Below, piece by piece: positions 1-15,814 of a stretch of 64,000 nucleotides of DNA. The stretch is from Eledone cirrhosa. Lineage: Eukaryota. A program made the translations under genes and the position numbers. The notes under the pieces were generated by a model. The model saw only the letters and a program-made list of their open reading frames with translations, had not been told where the DNA came from and did not search any database. Every line of letters starts with the position of its first letter. Position 1 is the first letter of the stretch. Location: positions 18,352,001-18,416,000 of the forward strand of contig OZ024753.1 in NCBI GenBank assembly GCA_964016885.1, read 5' to 3'.

Positions 1-62
1 TAACTGCATTGTTTCTTTCCAAGAACTATGTTGAAAAATATTTCTCATTTAGTAATTCTATA

Positions 63-100
<38 letters not shown>

Positions 101-1720
101 TTAATTAGTATTAATTATACTATTTATGGTTATGTAAATACAAAAACCTTTTGCAGTTATATGTATTTTTTATACAAACCCTAAATAGTGGTAGGCAGTA
201 ATGTATTACTACCTTATTACCAGTAAGTTAAGTAGCTCAATGTAAACACATCAGATGATTTACAGAGCAGTTATATGAAAGGTGTGACAACATCCACCCT
301 ACGTTAGGTGTGACAACATCCACCCACTTGAACTGCACTACACCGCTCTATAGGTAATTTAAGCATGAATTGATTGGTTTGGTAGTGTTGTGCGGAGGAA
401 GTGCCTTCCTTAGACAGATGAAAAACGATTTAATCTAGTAACGCTGTTGAGCAGTAGGACCAGGACGCTGAGTGCAGAGAATGAATGTAGTGCAACTGGC
501 GTGCGGGTTGTACATATATGGATGATTTGACGGTCAGAGAGGGGTCATGAGGACTGCGGATTGACCTCTGGCCGGCCCTGGTGATGATTATCTTTCGACA
601 TCCAATGTAGCAAGCGATGACCCAGAACTTACCAGAGATCATTGTGTCTTGAAGTGATTCTGCAATCACCGCGCCTGGTCCTATGAGTAGACTACAACCA
701 CAGAGATCATTAATTTAGAATCCTCGCTCATCGTCTATAATATTCATTTGTGGCACCCTACGATGGGGGTTAATTCACCATAATAATACGAACACCTTCA
801 GCACAACTTAATAAACTACTCTATAGTTAAAACACTTTATGCTTTAAACATTTTTTGGAAGTTGCGCATAACCATAGAAATTAGGGTCGATATTGAGACA
901 CATTTCAATAGCTAGGTATGGAAACCCCGGAGTTACCTCCCCTCATGCATTAACTCCCCTTAGCCACACACACACTTCCGGGTAGTATTCAATGTCGTTT
1001 CTCGAAACGTAACAGCCTCCTGTATTGAACTAAAGAACATCAGACTACGATTCTCTAACTGGATTGTCAAACGCTCAATATCGAATTGTCGTGGATTATG
1101 TGAGGGGCATTTAATCGAAAAATACACTCCCCTGACCATGAAAATGTCGAAGTACATGAAGTACTTGTCATCCGTTCGCTGTGCATCTCCAATACTTTTA
1201 ATATTTTTAATGCTTGCACTATTTTTAATGCTTGCACTATTTTTAATGCTTATATCATTTCTCCACACACAGACTATAACAATAATATAAAGAATTTGCC
1301 ACCAGATCAACCAACCTAACACTCTTGTTTACCTACCTAAGTTCTCCTACTACACGTAACTCTCTGCCAAACTATATAAACAAGACGCACGTGCTTGCCA
1401 CACATATAACATTTGCACTATATAACCGCTTATCTTCATGTTGTATTTTAACCTGTATTTTTGATTTTTGATTGTACCTCTTAATATGAATGTAATCTCG
1501 AAGTGTGTACTGCCACTCTAAATTCTGTAATGAATGTTGACCCACAATATTTGCATATGTATCGGTATGTCTCTTGGCTGAAAAGGAGGTCATATAACTG
1601 TCCATTCATTAATAAATTGCTCCGAAGAATCCAAACCTCGGTTTGGAGGAAACAGCTGTAAGCACAATAATGTTTTGAACAGTTCTTTGATTCTTATATT
1701 TCATATATTTCATATATTTC

Positions 1721-1780
<60 letters not shown>

Positions 1781-1781
<1 letters not shown>

Positions 1782-2173
1782 GAGGGCAATCCCAAACGTA
1801 AGGTCTCCTTCCGATATTGTAACTTTTCCGTTAAAATCCTGTGGATGGTGCTTCAGGAAACCTCAGGAACTAAAATGCAGAGAGCATCCAGAGTGTTCCG
1901 CCGATCTTTACGCATGTTTTCCTCGGAAGGAGACCTTACTTTTGGGATTGCCCTCTATATAATAACAGCGCGAAATTCGCACTTGGCGGTAGTGTTCAAC
2001 GAGAGCTCCATTCTCAACGGCTGCCAAGCCAAGATTGAGCATCCCAGCGAAGCGCGCGCATGCTTGTTTGGGAGTGAAGGAAGCACTAATAACAACAGTG
2101 TTGCCAACAGCCGTGCGAACAGTTTCTATGCGTCCACATCGCTTTGGAGACCTTACTTTTGGGATTACCCTCG
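1781..2173. mobile_element. Mariner-type MITE/remnant with one left and two right TIRs
   Basis: Left TIR CGAGGGCAATCCCAAACGTAAGGTCTCC at 1781, preceded by TA. Reverse-complement copies GGAGACCTTACTTTTGGGATT(G/A)CCCTC end at 1955 and about 2173, each followed by TA. TA-CGAGGG termini are typical of mariner elements. No transposase is visible. Confidence 0.75.
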
Positions 2174-2719
2174 TATATAAATATGCATGCATGAGTATGT
2201 GTCTGTGTGTGTTTGGTTGGAAGATCCTGCATATAAAATTAACTTAAATGTGATTGAAGTTACCACAGACACGTCGGATTATGTTTTAATTTTCATTTTT
2301 CAGTTTGACACATTATGTGGCATGGCTGACGTACGCTGTGCCTCTGATGGACTTCCAACCAGTTCCGTCAAGGCCAATATCACGCACTATGAATGGAACA
2401 ATCCCTGCTTCTCATAAATGATACATGTTACATAAGACAACGCATCTTAAAATGATAATCTGCACTTAAGGCGTATGAAACGTCGTTGCCAGTTTTCGGA
2501 ATGGGAACTGGCTTGGGCGGTGTCTTTTGTAACTGAACAGCCCTTTCCAAGGAGGACACTGCTCACCCAAATCTTGGGAGAGGTCTAGAAAAGGTGACCC
2601 AAACTTTATCTGTTCCACCATGAAGATGGTCAGGGAACTGCGTCTAACGGCTGTTCATACCCACAGGCGGAACAATAAGAAAAAAAAAATAATTTCTAAA
2701 AGAATAGAATATCACTGAA

Positions 2720-4225
2720 TGTTGTGACGTGGAACGTACGAACACTTCTTGACAGGGGCCATCGACCAATCCAGAAGGCAGGACTGCTATTGTTGGCAGA
2801 GAATTGAGCAGATATAATATTGATATAGCTACACACACTGAAACCCCTCTGAGTGGGGAAGGTAATATATCAGAGAGAGCTGCTGGCTATACGTTCTTCT
2901 GGGAAAGGAAATCAGATGGGGAGAAAAGGAATGGAGGAGATCACAAAACAACTGGATAAACAACAATGCCTTAGTGATCGTATGATGCACCTAAGAATTC
3001 CTCTTTCTAGGGATGTTTCATGACTATAATCTCAGTTTATGCCCCTACCCGGCAGAGTAGCAAAGAATCAACCAAGCTTTACGAAGGTGTATAACATCAA
3101 TTTCACATTCAGATAGGATCTTGCTTCTTGGGGATTTTAATGCATGTGTGGGAAAGAAGGACCACATCATGAATGTTTCAGGACGTCACGACATGGGTAA
3201 GATGAATGCCAATGGTCTTTTCATTTTGTAGTTATGCACTGGGTTTCAGCTGGTTGTATGTAACACATTTTCTCAGCAAAAGGAGATCCACAAGGCAACA
3301 TGGATACACCCAAGATCGAAACATGTACACATCTTGGATTACATCATCACGAGGAAGAGAGACTTCCAGGATATCTGCTCTGTCAAAGCAATGTGTGGTG
3401 CAGAATGTGGTACAGACAACAAACCTGTGCGTGGCAAGATGAAAGCGCCGATCAGAAGAACATTAAGAGTAGCAGGGGTTCAAAACTGCAAAATGTAGAA
3501 ATGCGAGATGCTCTTCAAAATGAACTTGAAACGTCATCTTTGGTGGAACTTGGGAACAGTTTAAAACACAAGTTTACAGTGTTGGGGCTGATATACTTGG
3601 TCTTAAGAAGACAAAACACAATTCGATGACAATGATGCTGCAATCACCATGTTCATTGAGGAAAAAGCAAGTCCTATGAGAACAGCCTTGTGGCAGAGGG
3701 TCCAGTGAAGACCTCTTTGTGAGACCCTTCAAAGCAGCTAAATCAAAATTGCAAAGCAAAACACGAAATATAACGAACAACAGATGGTCTGAAGTTTCAG
3801 CAGAGATGCAGGGGGTTATAACTGCAGAGGTCTTATAGCTGCAGAGACATGAAGGCATTATACAGCACAATAAGACAAGTTTTTGGGCCACAACCCTACA
3901 ATATGGCACCATTAACATCAAAGATGGGAACGTGCTCATCAAAGATCCAGCAGGTATTATGAATCAGTGGACTGAACACTTTAAAGTCGTGTTTGAAAAC
4001 CCATCTGTAGTTGATGAGGAAATTATTATTGGACTGCCGCAGAGATGATGAATGATCCAAACTTTAAAGAAATAAGGTCTACTATCAAAGAGAGAAACAT
4101 AGGGAAAGCTTCAAGTTTGGATGGACTACCTGTTGAGCTGATTCACTTTGGAGAAGACAATGTTGGTATGGTTATTCATGGGCTAGACTTATCTGGCATG
4201 GTGAGTCTACCTCACAGGACTAGGT
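2720..4225 (+). pseudogene. Decayed RTE-clade LINE: APE endonuclease and linker, truncated before the RT core
   Basis: Frame-broken motifs VTWNVRTLLD, PEGRTAIVGRELSRYNIDIA, ISVYAPT, LLLGDFNACVG, TWIHPRSKHVHILDYII and GKASSLDGLPVEL, all characteristic of RTE ORFs. Many stops and frameshifts. Confidence 0.85.
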
Positions 4226-4758
4226 AGATATTACAAAAAATGATGTTTTCCAATTTTTCATGCATTACATATTACATTGAGTATTATTGAAATGCAGAGT
4301 TTTTCTCCATAAATTATATCACTGATTAAAAATCAATCATCATTTTCTTACAACCTAAGGTGTCTTAATATTAAGGTGTCTTAATATTATTGAAATGTTG
4401 TGAATAGGCATCATAGCTTGTCATTTACCTATTGTTTAAATTTCATATAAATCGAAGGGAAAATGAAATATACTTATCCAAGGACTGTGGACAATTTAGT
4501 TTTAGAATATATATGGTTATTGGGATCTATCTCCAAAAACCATAGTAGTAGTTCGTGAACAAACAATCAAACAAACAAACAGACAGGAATACAACTTTAT
4601 ATATATATATATAAATATATATATAAATGTAATCTGAGATTTTCAAATATTAATAATAATATTCGATTCGCTTGCACTTATGCAAACAAGCCTCATTTTT
4701 AAAGCCATGTCAGAAGAATGAACACTTCATCAGTGCTCTTGTGTTGGCATGTAAACAG

Positions 4759-4806
4759 AACTGCAGACAATAATGTTTCTGGGTATCACCCTTCATCAGT
4801 ACAGCT
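4759..4806 (-). ncRNA. Type I hammerhead ribozyme
   Basis: Minus strand reads agctgta-CTGATGA-a gggt gat accc a-GAAAC attatt GTC-tgcagtt. Stems I, II and III pair, with a GUC cleavage triplet. Confidence 0.8.
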
Positions 4807-5076
4807 CACTGTTGACCTGCCAACTCTCAGAGCTAGTGAAAATGAATGTATGCTATTATATATATATATATTTCTAATATACAGTGACTGATCGGCCTGA
4901 TTAGCATATTAGCAGACTGGCTGATCAGATACACTGATCAGCAAGATTTACATTTCAGCGGACTGGCCACTCAGTTTCCTGTATTTTCTTATATATATAT
5001 ATATATTTAATATTTTCTCTAGGGTTCTTATATATTTATCCTTATCGAGCCCTCTTTGGACGTGTATTATTATTAC

Positions 5077-5151
5077 TATACATATATACATATACATACA
5101 TATATATATATACATACATACATATACATATATATATATACATACATATAC

Positions 5152-5242
<91 letters not shown>

Positions 5243-5279
5243 CAGATATATATACATATATATACATATATATATATAT

Positions 5280-5312
<33 letters not shown>

Positions 5313-5415
5313 CATACATACATATACATACATACATACATATATATATATATACATACATATATATATACATACATACATATACATACATACATTCATA
5401 TATATATATATATAC

Positions 5416-5446
<31 letters not shown>

Positions 5447-5499
5447 CATACATATATATATATACATACATATAAATATATATACATACATATATATAT

Positions 5500-5532
<33 letters not shown>

Positions 5533-5658
5533 CATACATACATATATGTATATACATACATATATATATATACATACATACATATATATATACATACATA
5601 CATATATATACATACATACATATATATACATACATACATATATATACATACATACATA

Positions 5659-5722
<64 letters not shown>

Positions 5723-5723
5723 C

Positions 5724-5758
<35 letters not shown>

Positions 5759-5807
5759 CATACATACATATATATATATATACATACATACATATATATA
5801 TATATAC

Positions 5808-5854
<47 letters not shown>

Positions 5855-5867
5855 CATATATATATAT

Positions 5868-5902
<35 letters not shown>

Positions 5903-5960
5903 CTTACATATAAATATATATAAATATATATACACACACATATATATATACACATATATA
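5077..5960. repeat. Compound (TA)n/(TACA)n microsatellite
   Basis: Directly visible; source of the spurious IYIY/YVCM ORFs. Confidence 0.95.
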
Positions 5961-6073
5961 TAAATGATTGTTTGGTTTTGGGTAAATACACATTATAGCC
6001 GCTATAAATTTACGCACATACACACATATACACTCATATACACACACACATATTTGGAGACATAAAAATACAC

Positions 6074-6289
<216 letters not shown>

Positions 6290-7162
6290 CAGATATAGAG
6301 AGATGTAACAGAGTATAGAATAGGTGATAAATCAGCATGCCTTCTTTAGAAATATATTATGAATTAGGAAATTAGATTTTACTTGAATACGTAGCATACT
6401 CTTCAATATAACATCAGTGCAAAGAAAACTTCATACATGAAAATCATTAAACAAATATATGTTAAAAATGTTGTTGTTTGCGTCTTCGAAATAAAATATT
6501 ATTAATTCTGTAGCCGACAATATTTGATATCACACAGCGAAGCATTATAGAAGCACTTACAATTCAGTAATAATATTTTCTAAGAGAAGTTAGTTCGTTG
6601 AGTCTGAGGACTATGATTGATTTAATAAATGACATAAAATCTCGGATACTTATGTCCGCGATTTAAATAAAAAGACAATGTCTCTAGCCAAACATGAACT
6701 CAGAGCGTAAAGGTTCGCAGTCACTATATAACAACACTTTGGATATGAATAGTTGAACATTCCAGTTTCTTGTGTCGGTAACTGTACTGTACATTTTATG
6801 TGGTAAACGACCAGATGGTATTGCACATCTCTGAAGCTCATTGCTTCGTACGGAAGAAAACAATCTCTATGCATCCTCAACTGCCGGTTGTGATCAACGT
6901 ATATACCCCATTTCACTTAGTCAACCACTCCATTCTTTTGATAGCGACAGGTGTTAAATTTGTGGGAAAATAGACTACCTCGTTTCGCAATTGTCTAACA
7001 GTACTATCACTAAACTGTACACCTTTGCTTTCTTCCATATCCATTCTATGTGGATAACACAGTATCAATCAAGTACGGGGTAGATTCATCGTCTGTATCT
7101 CTGTCTCACTTCTATTTCCTCAGTCTCTAAATCTTTCTGGAAGAAATCTGCTGTGTTTAGAC

Positions 7163-7451
7163 CAGGCATGGGCAACCATTTTCGAGAAGATGGTCGCATG
7201 AGATATAACTCATCACCAGGCAGGCCGCAAGCGCTAATTTACATTCGTGATCACATTAAAAAAAGGTGGTAACTAAGGTTGTTTTGATTTGTTTTTTCAA
7301 AATTCGTACACATTGTTTTTCCTCGATCGTAAAAATGATAGTAAGATAAATTACGACTGAAATGTAGGGATAAAAAATCAGAAAGATTTCACTTTGCTGA
7401 CTTAGGTGAGCTCTTCAAAAAGCTTCGTAGGCCGCAGGTTACCCATGATTG
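7163..7451. mobile_element. hAT (Charlie-like) MITE
   Basis: TIRs CAGGCATGGGCAACC / GGTTACCCATGATTG. 8-bp TSD gtttagac (7155-7162) / atttagac (7452-7459). Confidence 0.8.
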
Positions 7452-8357
7452 ATTTAGACCTATTTCAGCTCTGCCATGGTACAAAGAAAATTCGCTAGAA
7501 ACACCGTATGTCAATACAGTGCCCCTACGACTTCCTCAGGAGTTACAAGTTCATTCATGCATTCCTTCTTGATGCTATTGTTTCTGTATTAGTTCAAGAC
7601 TTTTCTGAACTATATTAACAGTAAAAAGTAAATAAAACTAATAAATAAATACGAAAATAACAATTCTAAAAGCTTATTGTGCTTTTGTGCAAACTATTGC
7701 ATATCTTCCAGATACATTTTAAAAATTATATTTATATGTTAAAATACCAAAGATAGTTATTCCTTTCTCTCTACATTATTCGTATAAAATATATATAGCA
7801 ATTAGATCTTTCAGCGATAAGATTAAGACAACCGGCGTCGAAGCTTTTGTAGCAGACATGATCGGGTTTCATATCCATATATCTAATTATAACTATCTCA
7901 TTTTTTTATATATCATTTAGATGTTGCGAGGTTTCTAGATAATGATATATATTATATATTAAATATACTTTTCAAATAATGATAGTAATGATAGTAATAG
8001 GAAGAATATTGATGATGACAATAATAATAAAAATAATAATAATAATAATTGTAGTAGTAGTGGTAGTAGTATTAGTAGTAGTGAGAATACACAATCATTT
8101 TATAAACTATAGAAATGTAGTAATAATGAAGAAATTTTAAAATCTACATTGAAAATCTAAATGGCTGTCTATTTACGCTGGAAAATAATAGACTTTCTAA
8201 TAAAGTTTAAATCTTCCAAATACACCGAGATTTAGAAAAAGAAAAACATTTTCTGAAGGACACAACAAATGTTATTTTTTAATATATCCAGATTTTTGTT
8301 ACTGATATTGGATATATCTGGCACCATATTCAGGTAGTTACTGGCCATATATACACA

Positions 8358-8458
<101 letters not shown>

Positions 8459-8535
8459 GAATTAAAAGTGACAAAGCCGGTGTGTGGTTACCAATAAATA
8501 TTGCTAAGAAAATGTAAGAGAAACAAACAAATGGA

Positions 8536-8781
8536 CAATTCCCGCTCGTCAGCTGTCTGCTGTGGTTCGCTGATATTTCGACGCATTAAAGACTGCACCG
8601 CAGTGAGTTAATATCTACGAGATATAATTACTACGGAAGGAAACAACAACAGATAAACAACAAATTAAAAAAACGGAGACAATAGCGAAGAGAACGACAT
8701 AAATTGAAAATGCCATCAGATGTATTACCTTTAATGCGTCGAAACATCAGCGACCCACAGCAGACAGCTGAAGAGCGGGAA

Positions 8782-8784
<3 letters not shown>
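8536..8784. repeat. Inverted repeat with ~55-bp arms
   Basis: aattcccgctcgtcagctgtctgctgtggttcgctgatatttcgacgcattaaag (about 8537-8591) is the reverse complement of about 8729-8783, with few mismatches. Confidence 0.85.
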
Positions 8785-8851
<67 letters not shown>

Positions 8852-9142
8852 CTATAAAGTATGTCCAAAGAATCATTTGATAATATATATACACCATTTC
8901 CTATCCTAATTAGCATAATCAACCACATAAAAATATCAATTAGACCAGGCTATAAGATTAAAAGGCACCTATGAAGAAATATTAGATAAATAAACGACAG
9001 CAATCTCTTCGCGGTCGCCCGCCATAGAATATCTACCCAACATTTCAACAGTACGTGAAAATCGACTAAATATACCGTCAACCATACACAATTACGTATA
9101 AAATTAAAGTTAGAAGAAATGCATACACACTTACCAGGATTA

Positions 9143-9223
9143 TGTATCTACCTTCGGGTTTCGTCGCATTTTGAGATATCCTATTAAGGATAAAATCTCG
9201 AGCTTCGAACTCGTCAGGAAACA
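9143..9223 (-). ncRNA. Type I hammerhead ribozyme with elongated stem II
   Basis: Minus strand: tgtttc-CTGACGA-gt...gagat..atcct taat aggat atctc...ac-GAAACC cgaa GGTA-gataca. GUA cleavage site; stem I has one mismatch. Confidence 0.7.
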
Positions 9224-9548
9224 AACTCATAGGACAAGTAATTTTTTTAAAGTGATGCCCGCCAGAAATAAATTCAAAATGGCTAAGAATCGTGACGTGG
9301 CAGTCGTCAAGTCAGAAAGAATGTGAATGTTTGCTTACGGCGAGTGGGCTGGTTGCTAGAAAGCGCAGCCCAATATTGCCCAAATTGCATCTCAACCTAA
9401 TGGGAGATTATTAAATATAAAGATTTACATATACACAAACTAAACCAGGTCACAGATATATATGTGTTTGCAACCATTCACGATGTGGCTCAATGATGAA
9501 TTAATAAATTAAATATTCAGAGCAATATACTATAAAGTATGTCCAAAG

Positions 9549-9698
<150 letters not shown>

Positions 9699-9811
9699 CA
9701 AGGGAAAGCAAATAAAGAAAAACATTTAAAATAAATACCACACCGGCAAACGGTCGGACTATACTTGTATCCCTATGTGTATTATTTACATGTAGGAACA
9801 CACATATATAT

Positions 9812-9990
9812 GGCGGTGGATTGGAAGTATCGTAGAGGGTTGGGCGCCATGCTTTGGCGCATAGAGTTACGGCGCTTACCATTCTGAGTTCAAATCCCGC
9901 TGAGGTTAACTTTGCCTTTCATCCTTACGGGGTCGATAAAATAAAGTACCAGTAATGCACTGGGTAATTGCTGGCCTTGTGCCAGAAATT
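9812..9990 (+). mobile_element. tRNA-derived SINE (family A)
   Basis: GGCGGTGGATTGG head, B-box-like GAGTTCAAATCCC, central gcctttcatccttacggggtcgataaaataaagtaccag. Recurs at about 36363, 38582(-), 40190, 51680, 51812 and 58466. Confidence 0.85.
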
Positions 9991-10137
9991 AACCAGTGCA
10001 TTACTGGTACGTACGTTCAATGTTTCTATAGGTTTCATGAAGACATCAGGCTATTATAATTGATACTTCTCAGCGAAATACGTATAACGATGCTTTAAAT
10101 AAACCTGAATCAACTGAAGATGGCTTCAGATCTTTTA

Positions 10138-10182
<45 letters not shown>

Positions 10183-10286
10183 TTAGGTTAGTTGGTTCAC
10201 CACTGGATAGAATTGGTCATTCCGTATGGTCAATATTGGTGTAATATTGTGGAGAGTACTCAACGTAGTGCAGTTCACCCGTTAGT

Positions 10287-10379
<93 letters not shown>

Positions 10380-10538
10380 CATACATATATATATATAAAT
10401 ACATACATATATATATATATAAATACATACATATATATATTATATTTAGAGTATACACTCAAAGAGTCATTTACAATTAATTAGCTCAAAGAAAGAAGCA
10501 TTTCTGAGCCGTGTAATACAAGTTAATATGAATTAATA

Positions 10539-11043
10539 TATGATAAACAGCTAAGTGTTTGCATTGTAAAATACAAAAGTTAGCTAGAATGAAACAAACT
10601 AATTCAAATGAATATAGCCTGCCTGTATCGATTTAAAAAATGATAAATCAATATACACAAACTCATATTGGCAAATAGCCGTGGTACCTCGACAAATTTA
10701 AATTTTAAAATTCTAACCTTTTCCGCAGATCAATCTGAACCTCAAAATCAAAATAGGTTTCGCAAACGATGGTATAAAAGAGAAATAAACAATTTTCTGT
10801 GCTTACCAATAGGTAACCAGAAAAATTAGGTTACTTCACCTCGAAAAAATTTTGAAGGTCTGGTTTACGAGCACAAACGCACGAGGTTTTGCACTCGGTT
10901 TTTCCAGCTCACTAGCCAATATTTGTTTGTGTATATTGATTTATTATTTTTTAAATCGATACAGGCAGGCTATATTCATTTGAATTAGTTTGTTTCATTC
11001 TAACTTTTGTCTTTTACAATGCAAACACTTAGGTGTTTATCAT

Positions 11044-11044
<1 letters not shown>
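10539..11044. repeat. Inverted repeat with ~130-bp arms around a ~240-bp spacer, possibly a PLE remnant
   Basis: 10539-10672 is the reverse complement of 10915-11044. The spacer contains NRFRKRWY, resembling the GIY-YIG 'FKxRWY' motif. Confidence 0.75.
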
Positions 11045-11118
<74 letters not shown>

Positions 11119-11274
11119 CATATATATATATATATATATACACATACATATATATATATACACATACATATATATATATATATATCACGATAAATTAACG
11201 GAGGCATAGGCCGTCGTTATTCCCTGTAAATAATGTGCTCAAAGGAGAAGAGATCCCGAGCCCTTTAAAATATA

Positions 11275-11776
11275 ATATGTTGAGAAGGTAACACACCAGA
11301 GAGAGATATATAGTACCTTATCAATAATACAGGGAAAAAACCACCAGTGTATGGAATATATAACCTATGAAAGGCAGACTATAGACACGATAATTAAAAA
11401 TATAAATTAAAGCGTAAATAAATACCTTTATAACTATATAACACACGTACAAATCCAAAGATATGTTTCACCAAAAAATTGGTTGAAAGAAATGGTCTAG
11501 TCTCGGTTCATCAGCGTGTGTAAAGCCATACATTTCAGACAACACTAAGAGAATTTTACAATTGACTGTCCAGCTACACGTGGGAGAGAGAAGTCACAGC
11601 GTGTTTAAGGGCAGTGAACCAGTGGCCTCTGAGAGACGAACTGCTAGAAAGGGCAGCCCAAAGCCACTCAGAGAAGTGTGCTCAACCAAACAGTGATAGG
11701 AAAGACTGTTATTAGGAGCGATTTCCCTGTATTATTGATAACGCACTATATATCTCTCTCTGGTGTGTTACCTTCT

Positions 11777-11784
<8 letters not shown>
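11275..11784. mobile_element. ORF-less unit: ~63-bp inverted arms enclosing a hammerhead ribozyme
   Basis: 11275-11337 is the reverse complement of 11722-11784. HHR at 11441-11521 (-). Confidence 0.7.
11441..11521 (-). ncRNA. Type I hammerhead ribozyme
   Basis: Minus strand: acacacg-CTGATGA-acc...ggt-GAAACA tatctttggatt TGTA-cgtgtgt. Perfect 7-bp stem I; GUA site. Confidence 0.8.
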
Positions 11785-12683
<899 letters not shown>

Positions 12684-13430
12684 TCATGATATTAAATAAA
12701 TAGAAACTATATTTATAAAACCATATTTATTTTATTATATATATTTTAAGTGCAACCAAGCCAAACTTGGTGCGCTTCATCAGATAAATTACAAAGTTTG
12801 TTTTATAAATAAAGACGTACCCATGAAAATCATACCTTATCGGTCGGAAATTCGCTGGATAGTGGAAAACATATTAGGGATTATTCAAAGTTATGTGTGA
12901 AAATGGAAATGAATGTGTAAACAATTGAAAAAACAACCGTTTATTTAAATGACGCTGGGGAAGATAGGGAAGAAAGATAGAGAGAGAAAAAAATATTAAT
13001 ATTATGAGATAGATAGAGAGAAAAAATTTACAAGATGATGAATAGAACTCATGTAAGGTAAATAAATTTTAAGTTTATATCTACTAATGGTACGTATATT
13101 TACTATTATTTTATTGTTAGAATTCTTTTCCAATATAATATAATATTTACTAGTATAAGTAGATAGAAAAAATAGATATATATAGAAAAATAAATATATA
13201 GAAAAAAATTAAATAGAAAAATATATATTGAAAAATAAATAGATAGAAAATAGATGAATAGAAGAATTAATAGATAAAAAAATAGTTATATGAACGGATA
13301 GATGGGTATATCTTGTTATAGATAATTGTTTTAATGAGTTATGAGGGATATTGGTTTATATTTAGTGTAAGTGATTAAGTTAACCGAGTTAATAAGAATA
13401 TTTATATATTTTAAATGTTTTAAATTGGGA

Positions 13431-13489
<59 letters not shown>

Positions 13490-14041
13490 TATATATACAT
13501 ACACATATAAATATATATATATATATATATAAATATATATATATACATATAAATATATATATATACACACATATATATATATATATATAAAAATATATCA
13601 TGATATCCGGATTACATTGAGTTCTTCATACTACCGTAGATTTATCTACATATATATACACATATATATATATATATATAAACATATATATATATATATA
13701 TAAACATATATATATATATATATAAATAAATATACATATATATATATGCGTGGTTTTTGTCTGTATACATACACACATATATTAGAGTCGAGGTCTGACT
13801 GCAAAGTTATTGCTCTTTGGACTACAAATTCCCAGCCTCTGCTTAATAACGGTCTTATTATATGAAAGTAACTCCGACAAAAGCCATTTGTTTGAAATTT
13901 GAAATTATCAAAATTTTCTGGATGATTTCAAATGATGGAAAGTTTTCAGGTGTTGAAGAAATCGTTTCTATATGGAACTTCTCTTAAACCTTCTCTACTT
14001 CACGGGACACCTTATTTAATCATGCTATCGTGACGTTCCTA

Positions 14042-14106
<65 letters not shown>

Positions 14107-15664
14107 AATACACAAACACACACACATACAAACAGTAACGTTCTCGTATTTGTAAATATATACGACTCAATGCAAATAAAAAATGTTAATATTTTAAAAC
14201 AATTCGAGCAAAATGACGTTAGAATATGAAGGATGTTGATAAAAACACCTGCACGTATCTCGTATGCGATCGAGCTAATTTAATTTGTATCTATACTAGA
14301 TATAACTGATGGCTTGTTTCTATGCAGTATTTATCATATCACACCAGTATCACTCTAATTTTCAGATGCTGTCACCATCTCTGAAATATATATAAAGCTA
14401 ACAACATGTTTCATTGTTGTGGAGAACATAAACCAGTTGTTCAATACGTCAACAACTATGTAGTGAGTCCTTAAGCCTGTACCTTACTTTAACCGTTTAG
14501 CATTTAAACCGGCCATATCCGGTCAGAATTCTCTCACTTCTTTCTGTTCACACCAACCATAACAGACAGCTTATACTTATGTTAAGCTATTGTTCTCAAA
14601 ATAAATAATATCAAAATTGCATAGATTCGATATTATGTGAGATAAAGTGTTTATCATGAGAATACAATAGTATATATAGAGTAATGGTAAATGGTAAAGG
14701 GTTAATGAAATTAACGGGTGATAGTGACAGACATTGTTTGATGTCCTGTGTCGTAATTATGGTTCGGTGTTTAATAAGTAAATTCTGTCGTATCTGAGAT
14801 CCGATAGTACCGATTGTTTTAATCATACACAGAGAAACACATACATTCAGACGCAAACACACACCAATAGCCATGCAAAGACACTCACATATATACACAC
14901 ACATGTATATATATATATATATGTATATATATAGGTATTAGTAATGGTGCTCTGAAATAGTTGGTAATATACTGTATGTTTAATTAAAACCATTTAGAAT
15001 ACCATACGCTATCAGTTTTAAAGTAGTTACTATGTCACTTACTTATTTTCGGCAAAGGTAGGGAGAGAGGCTGACAGTCTCTTTCTCGCTGTTTGGCATG
15101 TATCAAAACAACGTTATCAAGCGTTAAACTAATGTCGTCCTCATTCTAAGTTGATCTTTTTCTTTGCCGTTTTCGTTATTTCTTGCATACATACATTCAC
15201 GCACTCTCTCACAAACACACACACATGTATATATATGTATACATATATATGTACACACACATACACACACACTCTTATATATATAAAACTAGGAAACAAG
15301 GACCAAATACTGTTAATTGTACGTATTTGGTCTTATTTTCAATCTAATATTTGCTCTCTGAGTCTACATAAACACCTGTATCTTTAATTCAAACCATTAA
15401 ATAGTTTATGTAGTCTTCTGAATAGTTTACCGTACTAAATCTCAGATTTTGAGCTGTAAGTATCTGTTCACCTGCCTCTATCTCTTTTCGTATTTGAAAA
15501 AGATTTACTCTACATTATCTATCGAACATATGCTGCAACACTGAATTTGTGTCTTCGATTCTCTTTTTTTTCTCTCTGTCTCCCTCTCTCTCTCTATGTG
15601 AAACTAATACTATACATTCGTACTGCCTCTCTGTTTTTTATTCTCTGTTTATTTATTGAACTAT

Positions 15665-15739
<75 letters not shown>

Positions 15740-15743
15740 GAGA

Positions 15744-15784
<41 letters not shown>

Positions 15785-15814
15785 CTGTGACACACGAGTT
15801 GTGATATATTAGTA

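Noticed and set aside
247-330. HHR-like CAGATGA...GAAA and a 20-bp tandem duplication (aggtgtgacaacatccaccc)
   Set aside because: No stem III or NUH site and a poor stem II; the duplication is a simple local repeat.
430-1605. Short ORFs as host exons or transposase
   Set aside because: No recognisable motif; the 960-1322 ORF includes an 18-bp tandem repeat. Cannot be supported without a database search.
6650-6916. Possible host exon on the minus strand
   Set aside because: No identifiable domain or convincing splice-site pair.
9812-9905. tRNA gene
   Set aside because: A B-box is present but there is no cloverleaf; the sequence continues into a multi-copy SINE body.
12745-12790. Minus-strand CTGATGA followed by a hairpin
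   Set aside because: The GAAA half of the core is missing; at best a dead HHR.
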